64,000 bases of DNA from Octopus vulgaris (Eukaryota), in NCBI GenBank assembly GCA_951406725.2, contig OX597817.1, positions 54,870,001 through 54,934,000 on the forward strand. The letters are read 5' to 3'. The notes under the pieces are model-generated. The model did no database searches, was not told the DNA's origin, and was given only the letters and a program-made list of their open reading frames with translations. Both the position numbers and the translations under genes were made by a program. Of this stretch, positions 1 through 13,490 are shown piece by piece (positions within the stretch are counted from its first letter, which is position 1; each line of letters starts with the position of its first letter).

Positions 1-184
1 ATTATTATTATTATTATTATGGCGACACCAACGACGACGTCCTCTGTAACGACCAGGACAAAGAGTATGGCAACAATGATCTTCAGCATTACGTTGCCAT
101 TCTTGTAGTTGGCGATGGGCACGGTGGTACTGCTGCAGCAATTCCAATGGTGATGATGATGATGATGATGTTGATGATGATGAA

Positions 185-218
<34 letters not shown>

Positions 219-548
219 TTGATGATGATGATGGTGGTGATGATAATGATGATGATAATCATGATGAAGATGTTGATGATGATGATGATGAGAATGATGG
301 TGATGATGATGATGATGAGGATAATCATGATGATGATGGTGATGATGACAGTGATGCTGGTAACGCTATTACAGGTGGCGGTGAAAGTAAAGATGTTGCA
401 GTTGTAACCGTAGTAGAAGTGCTGGCAGTAGTAGCAGTAATAGTAGTAGTAGTAGTAATAGTAGTAGTGGTAGTAGTAGTAGTAGTAGTAGTAGCGGTGG
501 TGGTGGTGGTAGCAGTAATAGTAGTAGTAGTAGTAGTAGTAGTAGTAA

Positions 549-612
<64 letters not shown>

Positions 613-874
613 CGTGGTGGTGGTAGTAGTTGTCGTAATAGTAGTAGTAGTGGTAGTATTAGTCGTAGTTGTAGTGGTAGTGGTAGCAGATGAGGAGTTG
701 CTACCGGTTGAGGTTGTGGTGGTAGTAGAGGGTAGTGGTGTCTGCTGTGCAGGTGGTAGGCTGGGAGGCTAGAGTGGTGGTGGAGGCAGTGGAACTGTAG
801 TTACGTTGGTGGTGTTGGTGATAATGGTAGTGGCGGTAGTGGTGTAGGTGGTGGTGGTGGTGGTGGTGGTGGTG
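1..874. repeat. Mosaic of trinucleotide microsatellites (ATT, ATG, GTA, GTG) with short unique spacers
   Basis: Visible runs of (ATT)n, (GAT)n, (GTA)n and (GTG)n; they produce the poly-M/V/I ORFs in the track. Confidence 0.9.
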
Positions 875-1397
875 TTTTTCGAAGTGTTTCACTTTGATTT
901 TGTTTTGCGACTCATTTTCAATGCAATATTTAATCTATTTGTCTGTTTGTTTGTCTGCCAAGGGAATTATTTCTTAGCACGAGCAATCCCCACTTTTAAA
1001 TACACACATACACACACACGCACACACACAAACACATACACGCACGCACACACGCAAATATACACATACACGCACGCACACACTTCCAAAATCGTCAAAC
1101 ATAACCCATTCACGTAACCTCACATACAAGGAACACGCAAACAAATATACAAACACACACACATATACACCACACGCAGATACACACACACACATACAAA
1201 CGCGACACACACATCAACACACGTACATTCGCGTAAAGAAGAATTCACTACAACGCAGACATCTTTACGTATACTTGTGTATAATTATAGTCACGTCTGT
1301 GTACATATAAAACTGTGATTGCGTGAGTGTGTGTACGTGTTTGTGTGTATATATATATATATCTTTGTATATATATATATATATGTACACAAATACA

Positions 1398-1725
<328 letters not shown>

Positions 1726-1727
1726 AC

Positions 1728-1776
<49 letters not shown>

Positions 1777-1777
1777 G

Positions 1778-1935
1778 ACATCGAAATATATCTCAGGAAT
1801 GAGAATCCAGGTTCGAAATTTCCCCAAGACACCTGATGAAGGCTGGAGGGTATATCAGCCGAAACGTTGTTTTAGCAACAAACAAGATGAGGACAAATAT
1901 CCGTTAAATGTAAATAATGTGAATAATGTAAATTA
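1778..1935 (+). mobile_element. HHR-bearing element, 5'-truncated copy of the 37192-37749 family
   Basis: Closely matches 37192-37363(-) and 37780-37912(+); starts right after (GT)n and ends in (AATGTAAAT)-like repeats. Confidence 0.85.
1828..1873 (+). ncRNA. Type I minimal hammerhead ribozyme motif
   Basis: GACAC-CTGATGA-A-GGCTG(gagggtatat)CAGCC-GAAA-CGTT-GTTTT; palindromic AACGTT helix III; one mismatch in stem I. Confidence 0.75.
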
Positions 1936-2044
1936 AGAACAAATAACAAGATAGTGGGACACGGATAATTTAGGACCGGTCAACTATACAACAGGTGTGA
2001 AAATGGGACAGAACGAAAGGAAAGCTGACCACGGGTCATACATA

Positions 2045-2256
2045 TAAGGTGGCTTAAATTTAGGTTTACAGTTATTCAACTATCTCTTTCAGATTCATAT
2101 ATTAACAGTTTTGATCTTAATTATAAATAAAATATGAAGCCATTATTCTATGCTAATTTAGTTAATTCTAAGATAGAAATTTAAATTTAATAAAATGTTT
2201 TAAAACAAATTTAAAGTACCTAGTGATAACTGTAAACCTAATTTTGGGCCACACTG
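2045..2256. mobile_element. Tc1/mariner-type MITE
   Basis: Imperfect ~30-bp TIRs (GTGGCTTAAATTTAGGTTTACAGTTAT / ATAACTGTAAACCTAATTTTGGGCCACACTG) flanked by TA. Confidence 0.6.
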
Positions 2257-2537
2257 TATATCATAAAACACGATTCTGGTGCCTGTATGTATGGTGTTTG
2301 AGTATCTGAGCTGTGACCGTGTCTGGCATGATTGATTTGAGGGAAATTGTGTGTAATAAATATTGTAGGGAAGGCAGTGTTGAAAAGGTAAGGAGTCAGG
2401 AGTAGCGAGGGAAAACAAAGACGGTCATTAAAAAGCCCCAAATGGTATCAGTTGGCCTCTGCTTTAGCTGGAGAATAGTCATGATATGAGATCCTTTAAA
2501 TATACATGTGTCTGTAGACAATATATAATGGCCACAA

Positions 2538-3140
2538 GGCGGCGAGTTGGCAGAAACGTTAGCACGCCGGGTGAAATGCTTAGCGGTATTTCGTCCGCCG
2601 TTCCGTTCTGAGTTCAAATTCCGCCGAGGTCGACTTTGCCTTTCATCCTTTCGGGGTCGATAAATTAAGTACCAGTTACGCACTGGGGTCGATGTAATCG
2701 ACTTAATCCGTTTGTCTATTCTTGTTTGTCCTCTCTGTTTTTAGCCCCTTGTGGTTAGTAAAGAAATAGGTATTTCGTCTGCCGTTACGTTCTGAGTTCA
2801 AATTCCACCGAGGTCGACTTTCATCCTTTCGGGGTCGATTAAATATGTCCCAGTTACGCATTGGTATCGATATAATCCATTTAGTCCGTTTGTCTATCCT
2901 TGATTGTCCCCTCTGTGTGTAGCCCCTTGTGGGCAGTAAAGAAATAAGAAACGTTAGCACGTTGGGCGAAATGCTTAGCGGTATTTCGCCTGTCTTTACC
3001 TTCTGAGTTCAAATTCCGCCGAGGTCGACTTTGCCTTTCATTCTTTCGGGATCGATAAATTAAGTACCACTTACGTACTAGAATTAGTCTAATCGACTGG
3101 GTTGGTCCCGCAAAATTTCGGGCCTTGTGCCTAGAGTGGA
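2538..3140 (+). mobile_element. tRNA-SINE family A, one full copy plus two tandem 5'-truncated copies
   Basis: Head GGCGGCGAGTTGGCAGAAACGTTAGCAC with B box GAGTTCAAATTCC; core TTTCATCCTTTCGGGGTCGA-like sequence occurs three times. Confidence 0.85.
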
Positions 3141-3413
3141 AGCGTATATATAATAGCCAAAGTCAAATAACTGAAACAAATAAAAGAATAAAAGAATGTA
3201 TGTGTGGAGTGTGTATGTGTGTGTGTGCGCGCGTGTGTGTGTGCGTGTGGGTGCATGTATGAGTGTGTGTATGTGTGTGTGTGTGTGTAAGCAAATGCAT
3301 TACTGTGTGGTAAGATGTTTGGCTCCCAAATACATATTTCTGGGCAAGTGTGTCTTAACCACGGGCCGAACAAAACCTTGTGGAATTGGTACGTGAAAAC
3401 TGACAGAAGCCTG

Positions 3414-3457
<44 letters not shown>

Positions 3458-4606
3458 CCATGTATGTATATGTCGAATGAACTGGAACATTCATATTTGT
3501 AATCAACAGAATGGCAGTTATATGACTTATATACACCCGTTTACATACATACATACACACATACATATACATGAGGAATATATTTGAACAGCAAACATGC
3601 TTTCCATTTGTTCGCTTGTTGTTATTGTGTGTTTCAACCTAATTAAGTTTCATCACTGTATATTAGTATATTTAGACATGTGTTATACTTGTAGAAGCAT
3701 TACATTTGTTTACTTAGAAATGCGATTAAAGTTGGAATGAACGATTTAAGCACGCACACTGACTGACACACACACACGCATATATATAGATATATACGTG
3801 CATACACACATCCTTATACATTTCACCCGATTAAAATATTATCTGAAAACATCGACAAAGATAGGAATATCCATATACACACACACATATACACAATTAT
3901 ATACTTACACACGTTGCACCCACGTGAACTCACATTCATACTCTGATATACACATATAATTACAGAGCCATTACGATGCTAACCATCTACAGTCAGTCGT
4001 TGGCATTGTAAATATCGAAACAGCGGTTACATTGGTCTGGAACCATTAGAAATTCTTACACAATAATCTCATTTACTTCAACATCTCTGCTAATGGACGA
4101 ATCTTGTCTGGCATCTCTTCTAATAGAAATTGCTTCTGAATATATTTTATCGTATTCCTTATACGGTTCACTTTGTTGGTGACTAACTCTTCCTTTGTGT
4201 GCGTCTGTTGTTCTGTATTTTCTCAGGAAATCAGTTCCTTGTATCCTTCTGCCATTATCAGCTAATTGAAGAATTGATAAATTGTTAATTTGTGGCGAAT
4301 TGTTTTTTCGATGCACTAGCGGTCTATCCATGGGAAGTCAGTACAATGAAGGAAAGGAAAGGAAATGTTATTTTCCGAAACCTTTTCTAAACATTCATTA
4401 ACGCACAACGTTGTTTACAGATTTCTGGGAGAACGAAATTCTTAGGAGATGTCATCTAACTTTCTCTAATATCACCCTCTACTCTTTTATACGAAGACAA
4501 ACATACACAAACACACGCAAACACGCATGCGTGCTTGCATACAAACATACAAACATTCATACATACCATTTATGTTATTTTCCATTTCAAACATACATAT
4601 ATATAT

Positions 4607-4669
<63 letters not shown>

Positions 4670-4727
4670 CATACATACATACATACATGCATACATACAT
4701 ACATACATGCATATATACATATGTATG

Positions 4728-4772
<45 letters not shown>

Positions 4773-6289
4773 TATATACACGCATACGTGCCTACATATG
4801 CACGCAAACATATACGCACACATACACACACACGCATCCCCCACCACACATATACACGCGTATATGCATATAGATGTTCTGACTGATTTTGCCCATGAAA
4901 AAATTCTTCCTGCATATATAGTAAAAAGGATTTGAAAGTTCCCTTCCTCACATCCAATACAACGCAAACACTTCCACCCATCCACGCCCCACAGTTTTAG
5001 ATATAGTTTATCTGAAGAACATGCATGGTATGGTTCTACGTGGAATCTCTTTGATCCTGAGTATGATCAATCAGAGCTCAGCTGGGTCTCAACAATACCT
5101 ACAACAACATGAAGAAGACCTCTGGAGTAAATGACATATTTTGATAACATTTCTGGATAGGGAAATACTTTCCCGGAATCCAATTCCTCACAAGCAAATT
5201 GAGATAGATTCCAGCTTAGGAAAAACTCCTTCGATTAGAGAATCCATTTGTCTATTTTTTTTCCCATTATCTCGGGGAAAAGTCCTATTTTTATTGCGTT
5301 AATCTTCGAGAAATCGGATTTCTTTATCGTTTCGATGCATTTATGATATGCAACATTACAAATGTTACTTCAACCTTATCTTATATCTAGCCACACACAA
5401 CACACCCAAATACATATTCTACGCTATTATAAAATAATAACAGTATTCCCCATTAACTTAGCAGCTTTCCCTAATTGCACATTTTGTACCTGTAAAACTT
5501 CGATATTTGGAAGAAGAACGAATGCGGGAAACACAGATCTGTAGCTCAGCTATTTAAGCTAAATTTTCTCCAGAATATTTAAGTGACACCTAGATGCACT
5601 ACCCAGACACATGATCTGCAAAAGAATGGCGAAACAGCCGCTACTGTCTCGCAGATCCATCAAATACCAGTCTGGCTTGGCATGGTGCTGTATTCGTCAC
5701 AGATTATAAAGACAACAGAAAGCTTTTAATCTAAAAGAATTGCCCCAGCACATCTAGAGATTTACTTAAATTTTATGAACAACTAAAACAAAATGAGTTT
5801 CTTTATTTGCTTTCCTTATTTCGGTTTTGAAGTAATATAAATATTTCAAATTAGAGAATGTGTTTTATCTCAAACTTTAGCATTTCTGCAAAACCCATAA
5901 AAGTCAAAAGACACACAGACACTTTACATTCCGTGTATTGAGTCCTTTAATGTCTGACAGATTTGCTTAATCTACAGATTATGTTAACCAACGAAAGATA
6001 TCTAAATTGAATTATATAAACTGTTCTGACACTAAACATGTTTTGAAGATAGCACTTTAGATGTGTGTTATGCCGGCAACTTCCTTTCAAAGAATTTCAA
6101 AGAATTCACATTATGACATAACATCTGCTCAAGAATTGGTGCAAGTATTTGATCAGATTTATAATGGGACAACACACACGACTTTTAACTAGTAGAATCT
6201 CTAATTGTTATTATTGCTGTTTACTCTCCAGGTCAGAATCTGATCCACCAGCCATATCAAATAAAAGTGTCTGTCTCTTCTGTTTTTCA

Positions 6290-6915
6290 TATATATATAT
6301 ATATATATATCTTGATTCTTCCGTCTATCTACTGCTACACACTCTCTCTCTCGCTTTCTCTCTCTCTTCTCCCCCTCCTTAATTTCTTTGTTCCTCTTTT
6401 TCTCTCTCTTCTTTTCTCACGTGACCGTTGGCCGACTGCTAGCCCTTTTTGCGTTTGCCCACAGTCACTGCCACATCGATATTATTCCCTCTGCCGCAAG
6501 GCTTCATTTCTACACACGCCACCTGAATTCAATTCGTCCCCAGTCGAAAGACGCCTGTTGTTATGTCCTGTTATTATTATTATTATTGTTTTTTAAATTT
6601 TTTTTATTGTATGTTTGTATTCATATTCGTGTAACATCGTCTATTTTTCCGTCCTTGTTTCGTATACATTCGATGCTTTTTCCCAAGGAATCTAATGCTC
6701 TTAGCTTAGTTTTTCTTTGGGGCTGGCCAGATTGGAGCAATCTCAAGATTAATCAGCCGAAATTGCGAGGATGATCCAGTTCTTGACTGAAGAAAAAAGG
6801 CTTCGAATGACCCGTCCGTGTTTTTTGTATCGTCTTCTGGATGTTTTGTTGTCCCTTTTTTTTTCACCTAGTTGTTCGGATGTTTTGCGTTCTTGTCCCA
6901 TTTTGTATTTTATTA
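6290..6915 (+). mobile_element. Non-coding repeat (putative PLE-derived), same family as 20965-21816
   Basis: Shares ATCTAATGCTC-TAGCTTAGTTTTTC...GATTAATCAGCCGAAATTGC...CGTCCGTGTTTTTTGTATCGTCTTCT with the reverse complement of ~21000-21200. Confidence 0.65.
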
Positions 6916-6939
6916 TTTTTTTTTTTTTTTTTTTTTTGT

Positions 6940-7087
6940 AATTGTTTCAGTCATTTTGACTGCGGCCATGCTGGAGCACCGCCTTTAGAGTGGTGAAAGA
7001 GTACAGCAGGGATCACCACCTCCTGCCGGAGCCTCGTGGAGCTTTTAGGTGTTTTTTTCGCTCAATAAACACACACAACGCCCGGTC
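6940..7087 (-). mobile_element. Chimeric SINE: family C body joined to family B tail
   Basis: Minus strand GACCGGGCGTTGTGTGTGTTTATTGAGCG...CTCCGGCAGG followed by GGCGGTGCTCCAGCATGGCCGCAGTC. Confidence 0.7.
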
Positions 7088-7112
7088 ATATATATTATAT
7101 ATATATATATAT

Positions 7113-7292
7113 CGTTTTGGCATTTGGTTTGCAAGATTCTTTATGTTGTGAGATCGTGTGTTGAAACATATTTTGTTGTGTCTGGGGAGAGTCATTCACT
7201 CAATAAATAAATAAGAAAATGAGTGAAAACTTTACCGATGAGAGTGTTAAATAATATACCAATAAAAGAGAATGACTTTCACCAGACACACC
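7113..7292. mobile_element. Short fold-back element, same family as 56605-56832
   Basis: Inverted arms TGTGTCTGGGGAGAGTCATTC (7177-7197) / GAATGACTTTCACCAGACACA (7270-7290); preceded by (TA)n. Confidence 0.7.
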
Positions 7293-7350
7293 AATATATT
7301 ATAAGTGTGTGTGTCTGTGAATATATGTATGTATATATATATATATATAT

Positions 7351-7393
<43 letters not shown>

Positions 7394-7417
7394 TGTATAT
7401 ATATTTAATACCATTCA

Positions 7418-7610
7418 TTAGCACACCGGACAAAATGCTTAACGATATTTCGTACGTCTTCACGTTCTGAGTTCAAATTCTACCGAGATCGACTTTGTCT
7501 TTCATCCTTTCTGGGCGGATAGAATAAGAACAAGCTGAGTACTGGTGTTGATTTAATCGGTTTTCCGAAATTCTCCGAAATTCCTGGCCTCGTGCCAAAA
7601 TTTGAAATTA
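7418..7610 (+). mobile_element. tRNA-SINE family A, diverged
   Basis: TTAGCACACCGG...CTGAGTTCAAATTC...CTTTCATCCTTTC core. Confidence 0.7.
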
Positions 7611-7831
7611 ACATATATATATAATTATATTTTTTAATGGTTGTGCCCCAGGATGGCCACAGCTCATGAGCTGAAACTAGATCAAATCAAATGTCTGATT
7701 TGTTCATACAAACGAGAGAAGTAGTACTCAATACACAGAATAGTTATATCATTTATGCATAGTCATGAGGCTTTCTTTATGTTGAGCTATGTGTGTAATG
7801 TGTCCATATCTCGCTTTGGGTTTGTTTTTAA

Positions 7832-8054
7832 CCCATTTTAACCCGGGTTAACCCTGTCGAAATTTTGAAGATAGTTATATAAATAGGGATAACAAACATA
7901 CGGAAGCGTTCAGTTAACCTTTATTGCAGTAAATAAACCCAATACAATGGCTAAATAAATACAACACGCTTTATTTTGCGTCCAGTTAACCTTTATTGCA
8001 ATAAAACTGACCAAATACAACTGTCCTCAAACGAGGACTGTGGGTTAAAATGGG
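7832..8054. mobile_element. piggyBac-like MITE
   Basis: TTAA on both sides (7828-7831, 8055-8058); 13-bp TIR CCCATTTTAACCC / GGGTTAAAATGGG; internal direct repeat CAGTTAACCTTTATTGCA twice. Confidence 0.7.
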
Positions 8055-8205
8055 TTAAGCGATGAAAACCCTGTTGTATTACCAGGAAGACAATTCCAAT
8101 GCTCCTATTCCAAAGTCCAGCTTTCGATTCGGTAGAGATGTTTGCTCCCTGCGCATATATAAAGGGTAAGAATATAACGCTGTACGCACGCAGGAGTAGG
8201 AAATA

Positions 8206-9090
8206 TTGGGTTATCCCATAAATAATACGGTTTTTTCAATTGCATGAACTAAAAGTCGGAGTGGGACGGGGTAAACTACCTTCATCAACTTGCTATAAAA
8301 GCAGATAGTAATTTCACCTTGTCCTTAGTCTTAGTGCAAGTTTTAAAGAGTGTAGCTCGATTTTAACAGTTATGTTTTCAAAGCTGTAATTGAAGTGACG
8401 AAGGAGCATATTCGAGATATTTTGCTTTTTGAATTCAATAAAGGCAACAACGCAACGCAGAGTGCGAGGAATATCGATGCAGTATATGGGGATTGGACAA
8501 TATGCGTAAGTCTGTGCCAACGGTAGTTCCAGAATTACTGAGCCAGAATCTACAGCCTAGAAGACGACCCTCGTCCTGGAAGACCTGTAGAGCTTGACGA
8601 GGACATTTGCAAACCCTGGTGGAACAAAATCCCATCGTAACTGTTGAGGAACTAGCAGAGAAGCTTGAATTTGGTCATTCAACCATTCATCAACACCTGC
8701 GTGCCATCGGAAAATGACCATCTTTGCTTTAAAGATGAAAGGTGTTCTTCCATCAGGATAATGCTCGACGACATACAACGAGGATGTCATTCCAATGGCT
8801 GGAGTAGTTTGAATGGGAAATGATACCCCACCCACCATATTCACCCCATCATATTATCATTTATTCAGCAGTCTTCAAAATCATTTGGACGGGAAAAATA
8901 TGAATTCTGTTGACGAGGTCAGAACAGTACTGGAAGAGTATTTTCGTCACGGACAAGTGAATTTTGGAAGAGAGGCCTTACAAGTCTACCAGATAGATTG
9001 GAAGAACATTGTAGAAAATGAAGGAGAATATATTTTAGATTAAAACAGAATTTTGTATAAAGCAACCGCATTATTTACGGGATGACCCAA
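8206..9090 (+). mobile_element. Internally deleted mariner transposon with transposase pseudogene
   Basis: TA-flanked TIRs TTGGGTTATCCCATAAATAAT / ATTATTTACGGGATGACCCAA; remnants ILLFEFNKGNNA, SLEDDPRPGRP, EELAEKL, PHPPYSP, YHLFSSLQNHLDGK, IVENEGEYILD with stops, frameshifts and loss of the central catalytic region. Confidence 0.92.
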
Positions 9091-9399
9091 TATTATTTCG
9101 ATATTTAATAATATAGAGCAGTAGACCGCAACCTTTCGTCATTTTCGGTACACTTATATTCTTTTCAGAATTCGGTGGCACACTTGAACTAAAACTACAA
9201 CTAAAAGTATAGGGAAATAATTATATTCAGGTTACACTGCGGCACACCTTGTCACACGCTAGTGTGCCGTGGAGTACCGGTTGCATAAGTTTTTAGTAGT
9301 TTAGTCAGAAGACTAACTGCTAGTGCACATGACTGTTCAGAATCTCGGAGACTGCTGAAAGATGACTGAATTACTGAATCAAGTATAAGATAGATCTTC

Positions 9400-9862
9400 T
9401 ATCTTTTATCTCTTATCTGATTCAGTAATGTGACTGCGGCCATGCTGGGGCACTGCCTTGAAGGCTTTTAGTCTAACTAATCGACCCCAGGACTTATCTT
9501 TTAAAGCCTAGTACTTATTCTATTGCCTCTTTTGCCGAACCGCTAAGTTACGGGGACATAAACAGACCAACACTGGTTGTCAGGCAGTGGTGGGGGTCAG
9601 ACTCATACACACACAGAGTTTCACTGTCTGTCACACACACATGCCCACGCACGAACGCACGCACGAACACACGCACACACATACATACACACAAATACGA
9701 CAGGCTTCTTTCTGTTTCCGTCGACTAAACCCACTCACAAATATTTTGGTCGGCGCAAGGTTAGACTAAAAGACATATGGCTCAGGTGCCGCGCAGTGGG
9801 ACAGAACCTGGAACCATGAGATTCCAAACTACTAACAAACTACTTACCACACAGCCACACCT
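9400..9862 (-). mobile_element. tRNA-SINE family B, near full length
   Basis: Minus strand head GTGGCTGTGTGGTAAG, internal (GT)n, CCCCGTAACTTAGCGGTTCGGCAAAAG block and CAGCATGGCCGCAGTC tail. Confidence 0.8.
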
Positions 9863-10337
9863 GAACCTCAAAACGGACCCCTGATCCTGATGTTTTGCAA
9901 CACAGTGAATTTCGCTACAGGCAACCTATTCTAAGGAGGTTTTGTTAAAGCAGATGATGAGTTAAGGTCTTGAAGTTTTCAGTGAAAAGCTAAATTAAAA
10001 TTAAATATCTGATAAAACGAGGAAGAGAAAACGATATTTTTCCATTACTGATAATGTATTATTTCGAATTTCTAAAACGCCGAATGTCTACTACGATATA
10101 ATTCAAACAAATTATTTAGAACTTTTATATTATAAAATTAATATAAAGACATCAACGTCGAGACAGCATTATAATCAATCATGGAATTATTATTCATATT
10201 CTAGAAAGATTCATTATTAAGAAAAGGAATATAAAAAAATATAGAAAAGGTTCGCCGCCGCCAGAAATGGCTGCATCCCCATCGCTGGCACCAACAATGA
10301 CGGCATTAACAAAGCCAGCACTACCAGCACCACTAAC

Positions 10338-10720
10338 GTGGACGCGCAATGGCCCGATAGTTAAGGCAGCGGACTCGCGGTCGGAGGATCGCGGTTTCGA
10401 TTGCCAGACCGGGCGGTGTGTGTGTTTATTGAGCGAAAACACCTAAAGCACCACGAGGTTCCGGCAGGTGGTGGTGGCGAACCCTGTTGTAGGCTTTCGC
10501 TCCAAATTTCTCTCACTCTCTCTTCCTGTTTCTTGTCCCCGACTGCCTACGCAACCGCTGAGCCTGGATGACATTCATCCATCCGTCGATGCTCTTGGTG
10601 TCGGGGGCTGACCTGCTTTCTCTTCTGCGGGTCTTACGAATAGCAAAGGACCACGTTTCGGACTTCTCCCATCTTGCAAACTCTGAGACGAAGGCCGTTC
10701 GCTCAACAGCAAGAGCAACA
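10338..10720 (+). mobile_element. tRNA-SINE family C, tail variant 1
   Basis: Head GCGCAATGGCCCGATAGTTAAGGCAGCGGACTCGCGGTCGGAGGATCGCGGTTTCGATTGCC with A/B boxes, shared with 44254 and 62717-63022. Confidence 0.8.
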
Positions 10721-10869
10721 GTACCACCAACAAAATAATAACATATCAATTACGACAACACAAGTATTGAGATAATTAGAGAGACTGTAAATGGTTAAAC
10801 CATTCGTTTCGTGGAAATGGTGAGGAAATCTCAGTAAATTCATATGGTAATGTTAAAGAAATGTTGGTT

Positions 10870-11062
10870 TTAAATTTAGGCACAAGGCCAGTAATTTCAG
10901 GAGGAGTTGTAAGGCGATTACAATAATTGCAGAGCTCAGCTAGTACCGGCCCTGAAAGAATGTAAGGCGAAGTCGATGTCAGCGGAATTTGAACTCAAAA
11001 TGCGAAGATGGATGAAATGCCGCTAAGCCTGTTTCCCAGCATGCTAACGATTCTCTCAGCTC
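10870..11062 (-). mobile_element. tRNA-SINE family A, diverged
   Basis: Reverse complement of GAGTTCAAATTCCGC, AGAATCGTTAGCA and GGCCTTGTGCCTAAATTT motifs. Confidence 0.65.
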
Positions 11063-11483
11063 AACACCTAATGTTACAGAAATATTGCAATCTTCATAGA
11101 CACTCGGTGAATTAAAGACGAGATAGTCATGGAAGGAATGGCCCGGTTATATGACTGCCGACAGCTAACTTCGGGTTCATCAACAACAGCGTGATGATTA
11201 CTTGAAATTATTTTTTGGGAAATATCGTAATCCGTTCGTTAGTGTTACTAATTAAGCAGTGACGTGGACGCCTACCTTCTAATATGGCGTCATCTTTCTG
11301 GCAGTGGAACTTCAACAAAAGAATTAATGCTGTTATCTGATGAAACACACGATATAGCATTATCTAGAAAATATATGCTCACCCCTAATCATATACACAT
11401 ATACATACACATGTATAAATATATATATATGCATGTATATATATATATATATATGCATGTATATATATATATGTATATATATA

Positions 11484-11544
<61 letters not shown>

Positions 11545-11818
11545 ACATACACAAGCTGACGTACATATACACACACAAACTTACTATGAGACATTACTGC
11601 TGAGGTATACACACAAAATACACAAGGAAGTGGGAATACGATAAATTCCAATTTTCACCAGACGCGGCGCTATGTTTCGATTGCTAATTCAATTTTATCA
11701 GTGGGAAGGAACAGCGTGTGTGTGGGCTGATGTTGAGCGCATATGCGCGTACTTGCGCAGATATATGTGTGAGGGCGTGTATTTGCGTGTGTGCGTATAT
11801 ATTAATGCATATAACTAC

Positions 11819-11888
<70 letters not shown>

Positions 11889-12354
11889 GCACATATACTG
11901 TGTAATCTATTGCAACTTTAGAGAATTCCATATTCTTAGCAGTGAGGATTTAATGTTGATATTTCAGTTGTTTTTGTCGATCAACAATGTAATCATCCGA
12001 ATGGTTAGCAAGGGGAAATCGCAATTCATTTCTGTATAATTTCCATATATTCTAAATATTTATTTCTATATTTATAATCGTACTACCTCGCCTGTTTAGC
12101 GCCTCTGTCCTTAGCTTTATATTACGCGGTATTATTTTAGCTCTCATTTGAAGTAAATAGCACATTTCCATAAACGTATAACACTAGATATCTTGGGTAG
12201 CAGACATACATATGTACGTATGTATGTATGTATGTATGTATGTATGTATGTATGTATCTATGTATGTATGTATGTATGCATGTATGCATGTATGCATGTA
12301 TGTATGTATGTATATGTGCAGGTTTGTATGTTTTGCTTTATGTATTGTATATAG

Positions 12355-12830
12355 TTGCATATCTAGACATGCTCATATATATTTAAATGATAAACTTCTG
12401 GAAAGTTTTACAGATTTTTACAGTTCCAGTGATGGGTTGGATCTGTAGTCTTCGAATTAGCTTTCTCCTTTCTGGTTTTGTGAAGCCTAATTATGTATGT
12501 ATATGTACAAATTCGAATATTTTACGTATGTATTCTCAATCATATATTTGCATATCTAGACATACTCATATATATTTAAATGATAAACTTCTGGAAAGTT
12601 TTACAGATTTTAACAGTTCTGGTGATGGATTGGATCTGTAGTCTTCGAACTTGCTTTCACCTTTCTGGTTTTGTGAAGCCTCATTTCTCAAGTTTGGTAT
12701 TTAGGCAGTGTGCTACATATTCCAGGGCCCCAATAATTACAGGTTTAAATCTGTAATCTGTATAGAGTAACTGCAAGTTTTTCAATAGTTCAGCATAGGT
12801 GTTCTCTTTTCTACTCATTTTCGGCTTTTA
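12355..12830 (-). mobile_element. 3' end of an RLE-type (R4/NeSL-like) non-LTR retrotransposon with tandemly duplicated terminus
   Basis: Minus-strand translation KMSRKENTYAELLKNLQLLYTDYRFKPVIIGALEYVAHCLNTKLEK*GF...RLQIQSITRTVKICKTFQKFII* fits the restriction-like endonuclease C-terminus; 134-bp direct repeat 12355-12488 / 12548-12681. Confidence 0.7.
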
Positions 12831-13375
12831 AATTTCAGTGTTTAAATCTGATTGATTTCACTTATGTACATGTGTATATACAAACACTTGTATGTATATT
12901 AACGTGTATAAACTGCTATTACATGCTAAACTTCCAGAATGATATACATATTTTTACATTTCCATTAATTGTATTTTAATTGCCATTTCGTAATTAGCTA
13001 CCTTCTTCCTGGTTACGTGGAACATAGATCTAAGACATTATTCTGACTAAAATAATCCAATACTTCACAAACGTCAGTTATGAATTAATATCTCTCGTGC
13101 GCTTGATGCATATTTCTTATTATTTCACAGTTCTTCTATACTTTTAATGTTTTATTAACTTTTACTGGACATCTGTTCCTGCTGTAGGTATGATGGAATC
13201 ATAATTAAATGTTGTCGCCAATACACCTAGATTCTTAGACAGGATAGCATCATGATGGGATTTTGGGAATAATTGTGAGGTGTGTCACATTTTCAGCGTT
13301 AATTCTACATTGTATGTCCCAGCTAAGGCCAGATCAAAACCAATAGAAGCCCTAAGCACATAAAAAATGTAGGTA

Positions 13376-13490
<115 letters not shown>

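Noticed and set aside
4056-4331. 91-aa minus-strand ORF, and similar unique-looking stretches at 2280-2500, 5580-5720 and 63540-64000
   Set aside because: Only faint resemblance to old RTE-type LINE sequence; insufficient evidence for either a gene or a firm TE call.
9119-9292. Possible hAT-type MITE with repeated GGCACAC motifs
   Set aside because: Right terminus incomplete and no 8-bp TSD identifiable.
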